Positions 1-9,050 of a stretch of DNA of 37,507 nt are shown here, piece after piece; position 1 is the stretch's first letter, and each line of letters opens with the position of its first letter. The notes below the pieces were generated by a model that saw nothing but the letters and a program-made list of their open reading frames with translations, ran no database searches and was not told the origin of the DNA. Made by a program: the position numbers and the translations under genes. The stretch is from Acidimicrobiia bacterium (GTDB lineage: Bacteria; Actinomycetota; Acidimicrobiia; Spongiisociales; ZC4RG35). The stretch is from assembly GCA_036374915.1 (NCBI GenBank), contig DASUSU010000156.1, positions 1 to 37,507 on the forward strand, read 5' to 3'.

Positions 1-948
1 CTCGATCTGGCTCGCCGTATCGACGATATCCAGGTGTCCCTCGCCGGCAGGGAGGGCATCCTCGGCGCCCAGGTGGCCCAGCTCGACGACAAGCTGGCCC
101 GGCTCCAGGAGTCGGTCACTGGTCGGGAAGCCGCCCTCGACCAGCAAGTGAGAGGCATCGGCGCCCAGATGCTGGGGATCACCGCCCTGTTCACCAATGA
201 CCGGGCCCGGGGGAGCTGGGCCGAGATCGGCATGAAGCGGGTGTTCGAGCAGGGGGGCCTGGTCGAGGGTCGCGACTACACGTGTCAGGTCGGAACGGGC
301 GAGGTCAAACCCGATGCCGTGGTCCATCTTCCCGGGGGGAGGAACCTGGTGATCGACGCCAAGTTCCCCATCGCCCGCTTCGCCGAGGCTCTGCAGGAGG
401 AGAGCCCCGAGCGTCGTCAGGCGCTGTTGCTGGCTCAGGGCAAGGAGCTGGAGAGAGTCGGGAAGAGCCTGGCCGGGAAGGGATACGCCGCACTGGCCTC
501 GGGAGGTTATGTGGTGATGTACCTCCCCTCGCAGGCGGTCTACGAATCGGCCGCCGCCGCCCATCCCGAGCTCCTCGACCGGCTGATGTCGAGCCGGGTG
601 ATCGTGGCCGGTCCCACCGCCCTATATGCGCTTCTCCTCAATGTGGGGGCGTTGCTCACCGAGTTCAGGGCATTGGAGCAGGCCGACCAGATCCTCGACG
701 ACGCCCGTGAGCTGCATCGTCGACTGAACACGTTCACGAATCATCTCCAGGCGGTCGGATCAGGGCTGACCCACGCGGTCGAGGCCTTCAACCGCGCGGT
801 CGGTTCTTGGGGGAGCCGGGTCGCCCCGCAGTTGACCCGAATCGGCCAGCTGAGCGGAGACGCCCTGCTCGAGGACCTCGCCCCGATCGACGAAGCGGTT
901 CGCGAAGTGCCCGACGCCGGTCTCCAGGTGGTGGCGGGTTCCCGCTGA
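1..948 (+). CDS. rmuC: DNA recombination protein RmuC (5' end cut by window edge)
   Basis: Frame 1 is open from base 1 (LDLARRIDDIQ precedes the listed GTG at 34). Coiled-coil N-part followed by an RmuC-type core (GEVKPDAVVHLPGGRNLVIDAKFP, VVMYLPSQAVY). Stop at 946-948. Confidence 0.85.
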   Translation, partial: LDLARRIDDIQVSLAGREGILGAQVAQLDDKLARLQESVTGREAALDQQVRGIGAQMLGITALFTNDRARGSWAEIGMKRVFEQGGLVEGRDYTCQVGTGEVKPDAVVHLPGGRNLVIDAKFPIARFAEALQEESPERRQALLLAQGKELERVGKSLAGKGYAALASGGYVVMYLPSQAVYESAAAAHPELLDRLMSSRVIVAGPTALYALLLNVGALLTEFRALEQADQILDDARELHRRLNTFTNHLQAVGSGLTHAVEAFNRAVGSWGSRVAPQLTRIGQLSGDALLEDLAPIDEAVREVPDAGLQVVAGSR

Positions 949-1061
949 GCGAGGGTGCTTGGTTCTGGGTCGCGAATCGGGAAATATGTGGCCCGGCGGA
1001 GGGCTTCTCTGGGTTTGTCAGGTCCGGGCATGGGTAAGTGTGGGTTCATAGGAGGTATGAG

Positions 1062-1247
1062 ATGATCACCGAGATTCACAAGGTCTCTACCGACAGTCAA
1101 CGTCAATCCGACCTCGAGTTCGCCAGCCGGGCCGTGGTCTATCTGGAGAAGAAGGGCCTGGCTCACGACGAAGTGGTCGAGGCTCTCATGGACGAGTTCG
1201 AGCTGGATCGGGACACGGCGCGGGCGTTGGCCACCGTGGCCGCCTGA
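1062..1247 (+). CDS. hypothetical small protein (61 aa)
   Basis: ATG at 1062 lies 6 nt after AGGAGG (1050-1055). The listed GTG at 1038 has no RBS. No family recognised. Confidence 0.5.
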   Translation: MITEIHKVSTDSQRQSDLEFASRAVVYLEKKGLAHDEVVEALMDEFELDRDTARALATVAA

Positions 1248-1253
1248 CCGGGT

Positions 1254-1685
1254 TTGAGTCATTCGATCCAAGTCGTGATCGCCTGTGATGACCCGGCCGC
1301 GTTGGCCGAGTTCTGGGCCGAGGCGCTCGGCTACATCGTCCAGCCGCCGCCGGAGGGTTTCTCCACTTGGGACGAGTTCGCCGACTCGGTCGGGATACCT
1401 GAGGAGATGCGCAACGACATCTCCGCCGTCGTCGACCCCGAGGGGGCCGGGCCGAGGATTCTGTTGGAGCGGTACGACGGCGGAGCCCGTAGCCAACGGG
1501 TCCATTTCGACGTGAATGTGACCGAGGAGCAGACGGGTGACGAGGAGCGCAAGACGATCCTGGAGGAAGAGCGGGTGAGACTGGAAGCCCTCGGCGCCAG
1601 CTTCAATCGAGAGGCCACCGGCATGGCCGGTGAGTATTGGATTGAGATGTTCGATCCCGAGGGCAATTGGTTCTGCGTCCAGTGA
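1254..1685 (+). CDS. VOC / glyoxalase-like domain protein
   Basis: N-terminus IQVVIACDDPAALAEFWAEALGY and C-terminus YWIEMFDPEGNWFCV are typical of glyoxalase-like (VOC) fold proteins. TTG start at 1254; GTG at 1275 is an alternative. Confidence 0.7.
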   Translation: MSHSIQVVIACDDPAALAEFWAEALGYIVQPPPEGFSTWDEFADSVGIPEEMRNDISAVVDPEGAGPRILLERYDGGARSQRVHFDVNVTEEQTGDEERKTILEEERVRLEALGASFNREATGMAGEYWIEMFDPEGNWFCVQ

Positions 1686-1688
1686 GGT

Positions 1689-2051
1689 TCAGCCTCGGTC
1701 GACCAAGAGACGAAGTCGGGCCGGAGCCACCGAGACGTAGGCGTCGATGACGATCGCCTCGATTTCGTTCCAGTCGAGAGGGACGTCGAGATAGCACCCG
1801 ACCCAACCTCGCCCGCCCACATAGGGAGGCACGAAATAGCGAACCGGGTCGTTCTCGACCAGCATCCTCTGAGCCCCTTCGGGGGCGGCACACCAGCAGG
1901 CGAGACGATCGTCGTGATGGTTGTCGGCGTAGGTGACGAACTGTCGCTTCCCACGGACGAACCAGGCCGGCTCGCCATGGCTGATCCGCTCCTCGACTTC
2001 GGGCAGAGAGAGACAGATCCGGCGCAAGCGGACGAGGGGGTCTGCCGCCAT
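1689..2051 (-). CDS. MmcQ/YjbR family DNA-binding protein
   Basis: CLSLPEVEERISHGEPAWFVRGKRQFV...YFVPPYVGGRGWVG matches the YjbR/MmcQ pattern. Trimmed to ATG at 2051 (MAADPL). Confidence 0.8.
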   Translation of the reverse strand: MAADPLVRLRRICLSLPEVEERISHGEPAWFVRGKRQFVTYADNHHDDRLACWCAAPEGAQRMLVENDPVRYFVPPYVGGRGWVGCYLDVPLDWNEIEAIVIDAYVSVAPARLRLLVDRG

Positions 2052-2114
2052 GGCTCGATTGTGCCCCGGAGAGCGGAGTAACTTGGCCTCGTGCCGTCCC
2101 GGAGAGGTGGAGCG

Positions 2115-2762
2115 ATGAGTGAGCACCCGAGCGAGGCGCTGTACCGCGCAGCCCGGAGGCGGGTCACGACGGTGGTGCTGGCTGCTCTCCTGCTCGCCTC
2201 TTGCAACGGTGGCGCCGAGAGCCCCGATTCTTCCTCGACCACCATCACGACCCCGACGACCGAGAGCACTTCGACGACTGCCGGCGTCACGACGACCGCG
2301 TCCCCGGCCACCACCTCGTCTTCCCCTTCCACCACCTCACCGCCGACCACCGAACCGGACGGCCCCTCCGGCTCCGGATGCAGCCCGGGCGACGCCGCCA
2401 GCCTCCCCGAGGGGGAGTGGTTCGGATTCGTCGAGGCCACCTCGGCGACCGGCATCGAGTTCGATCTGGCCTGCTGGTTCACCGGACAGGCGGCGATCGA
2501 CGCGTCTGCAGAGGACGGTGAGGAGTCACCCCCACCCAACGACTACTACGTCAGGAACGAGAGCACGCTGACTCGATCGCTGCCGGTCTCACCCGAGGTG
2601 CCGGTCGTCTGGTACCCGGAGGGAGGGGATCCGACCACGGAGACCCTGGTCGATTTCGAGACGTGGGCCGAAGCAGTGGTCGAGCGCGGCTTCATGTTCG
2701 GCGTCTGGCTGGATGTCATCGACGGCGAGGTTCACGAGATCCGCGAGCAATGGGTGCCCTGA
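2115..2762 (+). CDS. putative secreted lipoprotein, function unknown
   Basis: ATG 2115 follows GGAGAGGTGGAG. Signal peptide with lipobox LLASC, then a Ser/Thr/Pro-rich linker and a globular C-domain. Confidence 0.65.
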   Translation: MSEHPSEALYRAARRRVTTVVLAALLLASCNGGAESPDSSSTTITTPTTESTSTTAGVTTTASPATTSSSPSTTSPPTTEPDGPSGSGCSPGDAASLPEGEWFGFVEATSATGIEFDLACWFTGQAAIDASAEDGEESPPPNDYYVRNESTLTRSLPVSPEVPVVWYPEGGDPTTETLVDFETWAEAVVERGFMFGVWLDVIDGEVHEIREQWVP

Positions 2763-2765
2763 GCG

Positions 2766-3008
2766 TCACTCGATCAGACGGATAGCGGTGAGCTCGCCCT
2801 GGCTGACCCAGTAGGGCCGGGGCCGCTTCTGGTCGGCGACCAGGTAGAGGGTTCCTGTCGGCTCATGTTCGCCGTCGTCGGGATCGACCCACCAGCCGAG
2901 GGCAAGCACCCGTCCCGCCAACGTCGGCCCGCCGTCTCCGGGGTCGGCGCTGGTCTCGACGTCCAGCTTCTGACTGAGGGGGATCGCAAAGTCGGCATGG
3001 TGTTCCAC
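2766..3008 (-). CDS. hypothetical protein (80 aa)
   Basis: ORF with GTG start that fills the gap between flanking genes. No motif recognised. Confidence 0.4.
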   Translation of the reverse strand: MEHHADFAIPLSQKLDVETSADPGDGGPTLAGRVLALGWWVDPDDGEHEPTGTLYLVADQKRPRPYWVSQGELTAIRLIE

Positions 3009-3060
3009 GCCGGGAGCCTATCGGTGCCGGCCGAGATCTCCCCAACCCGGAACCCGGGGT

Positions 3061-3080
3061 CGTGGGCATTGATGCCCACG
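3061..3080 (-). terminator. GC-rich palindrome CGTGGGCAT-TG-ATGCCCACG (possible terminator hairpin or operator)
   Basis: 9-bp perfect arms. It lies 31 nt downstream of the XRE-cupin gene stop (3111) and 53 nt upstream of the 80-aa ORF start. No U-tract. Confidence 0.3.
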
Positions 3081-3110
3081 CCGTTCGACTGCCAAAGGGG
3101 TGAGCCGGAT

Positions 3111-3737
3111 TCAGTCCCCGTGCGGGCGGTCGTCGGCGCCGCGGCCAACCACGAACCAGATGGCGTGCACCGGCTCGTCGCCGAGGTTGAACAGACGGTG
3201 CGGCTCGGTCGAGTCGAAGGCGATCGAGTCCCCCGGCTCCAACTCGTAGACCTCGAATCCCAGCTGGATCCCCATCCGCCCCTTCACCACGTACCCATAC
3301 TCTCGCCCGTGGTGGCGCATCAGGGACTCGTCCGGCGTCGATGCCCCTCCGACCTCGTAGATGGCATGGAGGAAGTCGACCCCCTCTTCGGTGTCGGCGG
3401 TGAGCTGCTCCCATTTCACACCGGAGGCGAGATCGATCGCCTTGCGGTCGGCCGGGTGGACCAGGGGGCGGCCACGGGCTCCGCCACCGTCGAGGCCGGG
3501 CCCCGGCTCGTCGCGCCCAGCGTGATCGTCGCCGCGCAGCAGCTTGTCGAGAGAGAGGTCGAGCTCGGTCACTATCGCGTAGAGAGTCCCGACCGAGGGC
3601 TTGGAGAGCCCGCTCTCCAACTGGGAGATGAGGCTTGCCGACAGACCGAGACGGCGCGCCAGCTCCCGCTGGCTGATGCCGGCCTTGGTTCGCTCGGTCC
3701 GAAGCCGCTCACCAATCCCGTCGAGTTGCTCAGTCAT
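3111..3737 (-). CDS. XRE-family HTH transcriptional regulator with C-terminal cupin domain (PuuR-like architecture)
   Basis: N-terminal HTH (ISQRELARRLGLSASLISQLESGLSKPSVGTLYAI) plus a cupin core (GREYGYVVKGRMGIQLG...YELEPGDSIAFDSTEPHRLFN). Confidence 0.85.
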   Translation of the reverse strand: MTEQLDGIGERLRTERTKAGISQRELARRLGLSASLISQLESGLSKPSVGTLYAIVTELDLSLDKLLRGDDHAGRDEPGPGLDGGGARGRPLVHPADRKAIDLASGVKWEQLTADTEEGVDFLHAIYEVGGASTPDESLMRHHGREYGYVVKGRMGIQLGFEVYELEPGDSIAFDSTEPHRLFNLGDEPVHAIWFVVGRGADDRPHGD

Positions 3738-3753
3738 ATCAACACCCCGTCAG
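3738..3753. promoter_or_regulatory. weak, degenerate copy of the island palindrome (ATCAA-N6-GTCAG) abutting the XRE-cupin start codon
   Basis: ATCAACACCCCGTCAG. The right arm matches GTCAG of sites 14451 and 29473; the left arm matches 3 of 5. Confidence 0.2.
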
Positions 3754-3778
3754 ACGACGATCGGGCGATGGTCAACCG

Positions 3779-4471
3779 CTACATGAGGAGCCAACCACTG
3801 TCCACGTAGAGGTTGATCCCGTTCACCGACCTGTTCTCGAGCAGGAACACCGTGGCGTCGACCACGTCTTCCATGGTGGCGAGACGCTTGGTGGGAGTGC
3901 GGGCCAATACTGCATCGAGTGGCTTGTCCTCCCAGTAGGGGCTGTCGCCGACGATCCCCGGGTGGATCGCGTTGAACCGGATCGGGGCCAATTCGACGGC
4001 GAAGGCGGTGATCATGGTGGAGATCGCCCCGTTGACCGCGGTGACCGTGGTCGAGCCGGGGTAGGGACGGTCCTTGGCTCGCCCACCGAAGAGCACCACC
4101 GCGCTCTGGTCGGAGAGTCGGGACAGGAGGGTGTGAATGGTCTCGGTGTAGCCCACCACCTTCATGGTGGCCAGGGTGACGGCACTGGCGATGTCGTACT
4201 CCCTCACCGGGTTGTTGTCGCGCGCGATCGCGCTCAGCACCAGCTTGTCGACCTGACCGACCCCCTGGAGGGCCGCGGCGATGGTCTCCGGCCGGCCCAG
4301 ATCGAATCCGATGCCCTTGGTGTCGCCGCCCAGCTCGGAGGCGATGGCCTCGGCGCGCCCCTGGTCGCTCCCCGTGATGATGACTTCCCGGCCCTTGCCC
4401 ACATAGTGGGCGGCAAGCTCGCGACCGAGGCCACCGGTGCCGCCAACTATCAGAACTGCTCCATCGGCCAT
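3779..4471 (-). CDS. SDR-fold NAD(P)-binding protein, atypical (canonical Ser-Tyr-Lys positions not conserved)
   Basis: VGGTGGLG Rossmann motif and an IRFNAIHPG segment are present. Positions aligned to S, Y and K read G, V and N (LFGGRAK...TTVTAVNGAI). Trimmed to ATG 4471 (MADGAV). Confidence 0.8.
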   Translation of the reverse strand: MADGAVLIVGGTGGLGRELAAHYVGKGREVIITGSDQGRAEAIASELGGDTKGIGFDLGRPETIAAALQGVGQVDKLVLSAIARDNNPVREYDIASAVTLATMKVVGYTETIHTLLSRLSDQSAVVLFGGRAKDRPYPGSTTVTAVNGAISTMITAFAVELAPIRFNAIHPGIVGDSPYWEDKPLDAVLARTPTKRLATMEDVVDATVFLLENRSVNGINLYVDSGWLLM

Positions 4472-4613
4472 CGAATCTGCTCCTCGCTCGTCTCGACCCA
4501 CGGTGATCCTAACTCCCATTCCCGAGCCACTGTGCAGTGAGACTGAGCACCGATGGGGCTCCGGTTAGTCTGCCGCCGACCGCGCCCAGCACCGGTATGG
4601 AGGAGTGCGCCGG

Positions 4614-5816
4614 ATGAAACACGACGTCTGCATCATCGGAGCCGGCCTGGTCGGCCTCGGCGTGGCCACGGCGCTGAGCGAGAGCCACGAAGGCGTCGGA
4701 CTCGTGATCCTGGACAAAGAGGAGACGGTGGCCGGTCATCAGAGCAGCCACAACAGCGGCGTGGCTCACTCCGGTCTCTACTACCGACCCGGCTCGCTCA
4801 AGGCGCGTCTCTGCGTCGAAGGGCGCCGCAAGCTGGAAGAGTTCTGCGACACCAGGGGAATCGCCTTCGACAGGTCGGGAAAGCTGGTGATCGCCACGAA
4901 ACCGTCCCAGCTCGAGCCCTTGGCCGAGCTGGAGAGGAGGGGGATTGCCAACGGGTTGTCGGGACTGAGGAGACTGGACGGCGACGGGTTGCGCGAGATC
5001 GAGCCTGCCGCGGTCGGTCTCGAGGCCCTTCATGTCCCCGAGGCCGGGGTGGTCGACTTTCCCGCCGTCGCCGCCCGGCTGGCAGCCGAGCTCGCCGAGA
5101 AAGGGGCGGAGGTTCGCACCGGCCACGCGGTGACCTCGATCGACCACGATGTGGATGGCGCCCGGATCGGGGTGGAGGGTCAAGAGATTCGGGCTCGCCT
5201 CGTCGTCAACTGCGCCGGTCTTCAGTCTGATCGGGTTGCGAGGATGGCCGGGGTGCGAAGCCAGATCCGGATAGTCCCGTTTCGAGGCGAGTACTACACC
5301 CTGGTCGCCGAGGCGGAGCACCTGGTGCGAACGTTGATCTACCCGGTTCCCGATCCACGTTTCCCCTTCCTCGGTGTCCACTTCACCCGGCGCATCGACG
5401 GGTCGGTGGAGGTCGGCCCCAATGCAGTTCTCGCCCTGGGTCGGGAGCACTACCGCGGCGCCGAGCCGGCTTGGGGCGAGTTGTGGGAGACCGTGTCCTT
5501 TCCCGGATTCCGCAAGCTGGCCCGTCGGCACTGGCGCACCGGGATAGCCGAGATGGTCGGGTCGAGGTCCAGGTCGATGTATGCCCGCTCGGCGCGGAGC
5601 CTGGTGCCCGCGATCCGTCCCGAGCACCTGGTCCCGGGCGGGGCCGGGGTCAGGGCCCAGGCCGTCGCTCCCGACGGGAGCCTCGTCGACGATTTCGTCA
5701 TCGAGGAGGCCGGCTCCACGGTGCATGTCCTCAATGCCCCGTCGCCAGGCGCGACGGCAAGCCTGGCCATCGGGGCGCACGTGGCCGGGATGATCGCCAC
5801 CCGTCTCGGCCGGTGA
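4614..5816 (+). CDS. lhgO: L-2-hydroxyglutarate oxidase (FAD-dependent)
   Basis: DVCIIGAGLVGLG dinucleotide fold, then HQSSHNSGVAHSGLYYRPGSLKARLC, characteristic of LhgO. ATG 4614 lies 8 nt after GGAGGAG. Confidence 0.8.
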   Translation: MKHDVCIIGAGLVGLGVATALSESHEGVGLVILDKEETVAGHQSSHNSGVAHSGLYYRPGSLKARLCVEGRRKLEEFCDTRGIAFDRSGKLVIATKPSQLEPLAELERRGIANGLSGLRRLDGDGLREIEPAAVGLEALHVPEAGVVDFPAVAARLAAELAEKGAEVRTGHAVTSIDHDVDGARIGVEGQEIRARLVVNCAGLQSDRVARMAGVRSQIRIVPFRGEYYTLVAEAEHLVRTLIYPVPDPRFPFLGVHFTRRIDGSVEVGPNAVLALGREHYRGAEPAWGELWETVSFPGFRKLARRHWRTGIAEMVGSRSRSMYARSARSLVPAIRPEHLVPGGAGVRAQAVAPDGSLVDDFVIEEAGSTVHVLNAPSPGATASLAIGAHVAGMIATRLGR

Positions 5817-5905
5817 CAGCGAGGCCAAAGTGTGTAGTGTCACTAAGCATCGTGCGGCGCACATCACCGGTCTGAGGACCAAGGAAGCAGGACAAGGAGA
5901 CATCG

Positions 5906-7162
5906 ATGACGGTTGAGTTCCCAGTAGCCACCAGCCCGGCGCCGGGCGTGATCGGAGTCGATTGGGAGAGCCGGGTCGACTTCGAGCGCCTCCGCCAGCA
6001 CCGGATCGCACGCACCAAGCAGCTGATGCAGGAGGAGGACCTGGGTGCCCTGCTCCTCTTCGAGACTTCGAACATCAGATACGCCACATCGACCCAGATC
6101 GGGTATTGGGCCTTCAACAAAGGCGAGCGATACGCCCTGATCACGCCGGAGGGCCGACCCAGGATCTGGGACTTCGGCTCGGCGGCGAAGGCTCACCGCC
6201 TCCAGTTGCCCCACATGTACGACACCGAGAACTCGGTTGGCGGGAATACGGGGCTTCAGGGCGCGATCGGGCCCGAGACCGGTCTCCACGCCCGGGCGGC
6301 CGCCGAGATTCGACAGGTGCTCGAGGCGGAAGGTCTGGCCGGGGAGCGTCTCGGCGTCGACATGGCCGAGACCGGTGTCCTGCTCGCACTACAGGCCGAA
6401 GGCCTCAATGTGGTGGACGGTCAGCAGGCGATGATGAAGGCCCGGGAGATCAAGAGCCCCGACGAGATCATCCTGCTCACCCAAGCCTGCGCCATGGTCG
6501 ACGGCGTCTATCAGGACATCTTCGAGGCGCTCAAGCCGGGGGTTCGGGAGTCGGACATTGTCGGGCTGGCCCACGCCCGGCTCTTCGAGATGGGCTCTGA
6601 ATTCGTCGAGGCGATCAACTCCATCGCCGGCGAGCGGTGCAGCCCTCACCCTCACGTGTTCTCCGACCGGCTGATCCGGCCCGGCGACCAGGCCTATTTC
6701 GACATCATCCACGTGTTCAACGGGTACCGCACCTGCTACTACCGCACCTTTGTGGTCGGCCGTGCCACCCAGGGCCAGCGCGACGCCTTCAAGCAGTCCC
6801 GAGAGTGGATGGATGCCGCCATCGAACTGGTCAAGCCGGGTGCGAGCACCGATCAGATCGCCAAGGTGTGGCCCCGGGCCGAGGAGTTCGGTTTCGAGGA
6901 CGAGATGGACGCGTTCGGGCTCCAGTTCGGCCACGGAGTGGGGGCGGGTCTCCATGAGCGGCCGATCATCAGCCGGCTCAACTCCCTCGACTCGCCGGTC
7001 GAGATCAAGGAGGGGATGGTTTTCGCGCTGGAGACCTACGCTCCGGCCGGCGACGGGCGCTCGGCGGCGCGCATCGAGGAGGAAGTCGTGGTGACCGCCG
7101 AGGGCTGCAAGGTGATAACGCTCTTCCCCTGCGAAGAGCTGATGGTGGCCAACGCCTACTGA
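5906..7162 (+). CDS. M24 family metallohydrolase (creatinase / Xaa-Pro dipeptidase-like)
   Basis: Creatinase-type N-domain plus a pita-bread C-domain (DIIHVFNGYRTCYYRTF, GHGVGAGLHERP, FALETY...IEEEV). AAGGAG RBS precedes the ATG. Confidence 0.8.
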   Translation: MTVEFPVATSPAPGVIGVDWESRVDFERLRQHRIARTKQLMQEEDLGALLLFETSNIRYATSTQIGYWAFNKGERYALITPEGRPRIWDFGSAAKAHRLQLPHMYDTENSVGGNTGLQGAIGPETGLHARAAAEIRQVLEAEGLAGERLGVDMAETGVLLALQAEGLNVVDGQQAMMKAREIKSPDEIILLTQACAMVDGVYQDIFEALKPGVRESDIVGLAHARLFEMGSEFVEAINSIAGERCSPHPHVFSDRLIRPGDQAYFDIIHVFNGYRTCYYRTFVVGRATQGQRDAFKQSREWMDAAIELVKPGASTDQIAKVWPRAEEFGFEDEMDAFGLQFGHGVGAGLHERPIISRLNSLDSPVEIKEGMVFALETYAPAGDGRSAARIEEEVVVTAEGCKVITLFPCEELMVANAY

Positions 7163-7186
7163 CGCGACCTCACCCGGCGTCCCGCC

Positions 7187-7942
7187 ATGAAGCTGGCTCC
7201 CTCGCTCCATCGCATCGGGTCGGACCTGGTCAACGTCTACCTGGTCGAGGACGACACCGGCGTCACCGTCGTCGATGCAGGCATGTCCGGTCATCGGGCT
7301 GAGTTGGTGTCGGAGCTGGCCCGGATCGGTCGGACGCTCGAGGACGTCCGAGGGCTGGTGCTCACCCACGGCGACCCTGACCACATCGGATTCGCCGAGC
7401 GGCTCAGGGTCGATCACGGCGTCAGGGTCTACGTCCACGAGCTCGATGCGGCCCGGGCCCGGGGCGAGGTGAAGAAGGACTTGAAGTGGGGCAAGGTCAG
7501 AGTGGGACCACTGCTTCGCTTCTTCTGGTACGGGGCACGGCGGGGAGGACTTCGCACCCGCCCGCTCACCGAGGTCGCCACCTTCAGCGACGGCGACACC
7601 CTCGACCTTCCCGGGCAACCGAGAATCGTCCACCTGCCCGGGCACACCCCGGGCAGTGTCGCCGTCCACGTTCCTGACCTCGACGCCGTGTTCGTCGGCG
7701 ACGCCTTGACCACAGGTCATGTCCTCACCGGGGCACTCGGCCCTGGCCCCGCTCCCTTCACCCTCGATCCGGGGCGAGCCCTCGACTCGTTGACGAGATT
7801 GGAACAGGTCCCCGCGACCTGGGTCCTTCCCGGACACGGTGCCCCTTGGGACCGAGGCGTGAGCGAGGCGGTGGCGCTGGTGCGAGAAGCTGCCTCCTCC
7901 CAGGTTGCCGGCTCGGTCACCGAAGACGACCAGACCGCATAG
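7187..7942 (+). CDS. MBL-fold metallo-hydrolase
   Basis: VNVYLVEDDTGVTVVDAG, LTHGDPDHIG and LPGHTPGS motifs. Confidence 0.85.
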   Translation: MKLAPSLHRIGSDLVNVYLVEDDTGVTVVDAGMSGHRAELVSELARIGRTLEDVRGLVLTHGDPDHIGFAERLRVDHGVRVYVHELDAARARGEVKKDLKWGKVRVGPLLRFFWYGARRGGLRTRPLTEVATFSDGDTLDLPGQPRIVHLPGHTPGSVAVHVPDLDAVFVGDALTTGHVLTGALGPGPAPFTLDPGRALDSLTRLEQVPATWVLPGHGAPWDRGVSEAVALVREAASSQVAGSVTEDDQTA

Positions 7943-7952
7943 GCTCGCCTCG

Positions 7953-9050
7953 ATGAGGCGTTGCGTGTTGACGCTCATGGTCGTCGCGGTGGCGGCATGC
8001 ACCGGGACGACCGGGGATGCTCCCTTGATCCCGACCACGACCAGCGCGGCGACCAGCAACCCGAGCACCATCCCGTCCGCGGACAGCACCTCCACCGTTC
8101 AGGTGCCGACCACCCTTTCCTCCGCGCCCACCACCGTGGCTCTCGCACCAGAGGACCTGGTCTTCGAATCGTTCCCGGTTCCCTCAGGATCCGGTCCCCA
8201 CGACGTCGCCCCCGCGGTCGACGGCGGGATCTGGTACACCGCGCAGAACACCGGTGAGCTCGGCTGGCTCGACCCCGCAACCGGGGAGACCAGGCACACC
8301 GACCTTGGAGCCGGCTCGAGCCCACACGGTGTGATCGTCGACACCGAGGGCACCGCCTGGGTGACCGACAGCGGTCTCAACGCCATGGTCGCCGTCGACC
8401 CGTCGGATCTCGAGGTCACGGTGTACCCGCTTCCGGAAAACCGACCCGGGTCCAACCTGAACACGGCCGCCATCGACGGGGAAGGGACGATCTGGTTCAC
8501 CGGCCAGAGCGGTGTCTACGGTCGTCTCCACCCGGACACGGGCGAAATAGCGGTGTTCGACGCACCCGAAGGCAGAGGGCCGTACGGCATCACCAGCACT
8601 CCGGCGGGAGAGGTCTATTACGCCTCGCTGGCCGGATCGTTCGTCGGGAGGATCGAGGACGACGACAGCTCGACCGTGGTCGAGCCGCCGACACCGGAGC
8701 AGGGGGCGCGTCGGCTTTGGTCCGACTCGCAGGGTCGGATCTGGGTGAGCGAGTGGAACTCGGGGAACCTGAGCCGCTACACGCCGGACACCGGGAGCTG
8801 GGACACCTGGCATCTTCCCGGAGACAGCCCCCAGACCTACGCGGTCTACGTCGACGACCTCGACATCGTCTGGGCCAGCGATTTCGGTTCCAACTCGATA
8901 GTCCGGTTCGATCCGGCAACCGAGGGGTTCACCGCCTACCCGCTCCCGCACAACCCGGGCAATGTGCGTCAGATCCTGGGGCGGGCCGGTGAGGTTTGGT
9001 TCCCCGAATCGGCGGCGGACAGCCTGGCCCTGATCAGGACCCGGGGCTGA
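7953..9050 (+). CDS. Vgb (virginiamycin B lyase)-like 7-bladed beta-propeller lipoprotein
   Basis: ATG 7953 gives MRRCVLTLMVVAVAAC (lipobox). Seven repeats of the GPxGv..d.dG.iWft type follow (GPHDVAPAVDGGIWYT, SPHGVIVDTEGTAWVT and others). Confidence 0.75.
   Translation: MRRCVLTLMVVAVAACTGTTGDAPLIPTTTSAATSNPSTIPSADSTSTVQVPTTLSSAPTTVALAPEDLVFESFPVPSGSGPHDVAPAVDGGIWYTAQNTGELGWLDPATGETRHTDLGAGSSPHGVIVDTEGTAWVTDSGLNAMVAVDPSDLEVTVYPLPENRPGSNLNTAAIDGEGTIWFTGQSGVYGRLHPDTGEIAVFDAPEGRGPYGITSTPAGEVYYASLAGSFVGRIEDDDSSTVVEPPTPEQGARRLWSDSQGRIWVSEWNSGNLSRYTPDTGSWDTWHLPGDSPQTYAVYVDDLDIVWASDFGSNSIVRFDPATEGFTAYPLPHNPGNVRQILGRAGEVWFPESAADSLALIRTRG

Noticed and set aside
4528-4539. Short palindromes CACTG-TG-CAGTG and CAGT-GAG-ACTG in the SDR / lhgO divergent region.
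   Set aside because: Arms are only 4-5 bp with no second copy elsewhere in the window, so they are indistinguishable from chance.
4509-6011. Long antisense or off-frame ORFs across the whole window. Examples: 4509-6011(-), 6389-8095(-), 8184-9479(-), 9541-10539(+), 11511-13148(+), 13151-14329(+), 14693-16456(-), 22316-23932(+), 22494-24329(-), 29430-31169(-), 30935-32953(+), 31305-32999(-), 33056-33934(-).
   Set aside because: These are Arg/Pro/Gly-rich low-complexity translations with no recognisable motifs. Each is completely shadowed by an ORF on another frame or strand that has clear family signatures. This is the usual stop-codon-poor artefact of high-G+C DNA.
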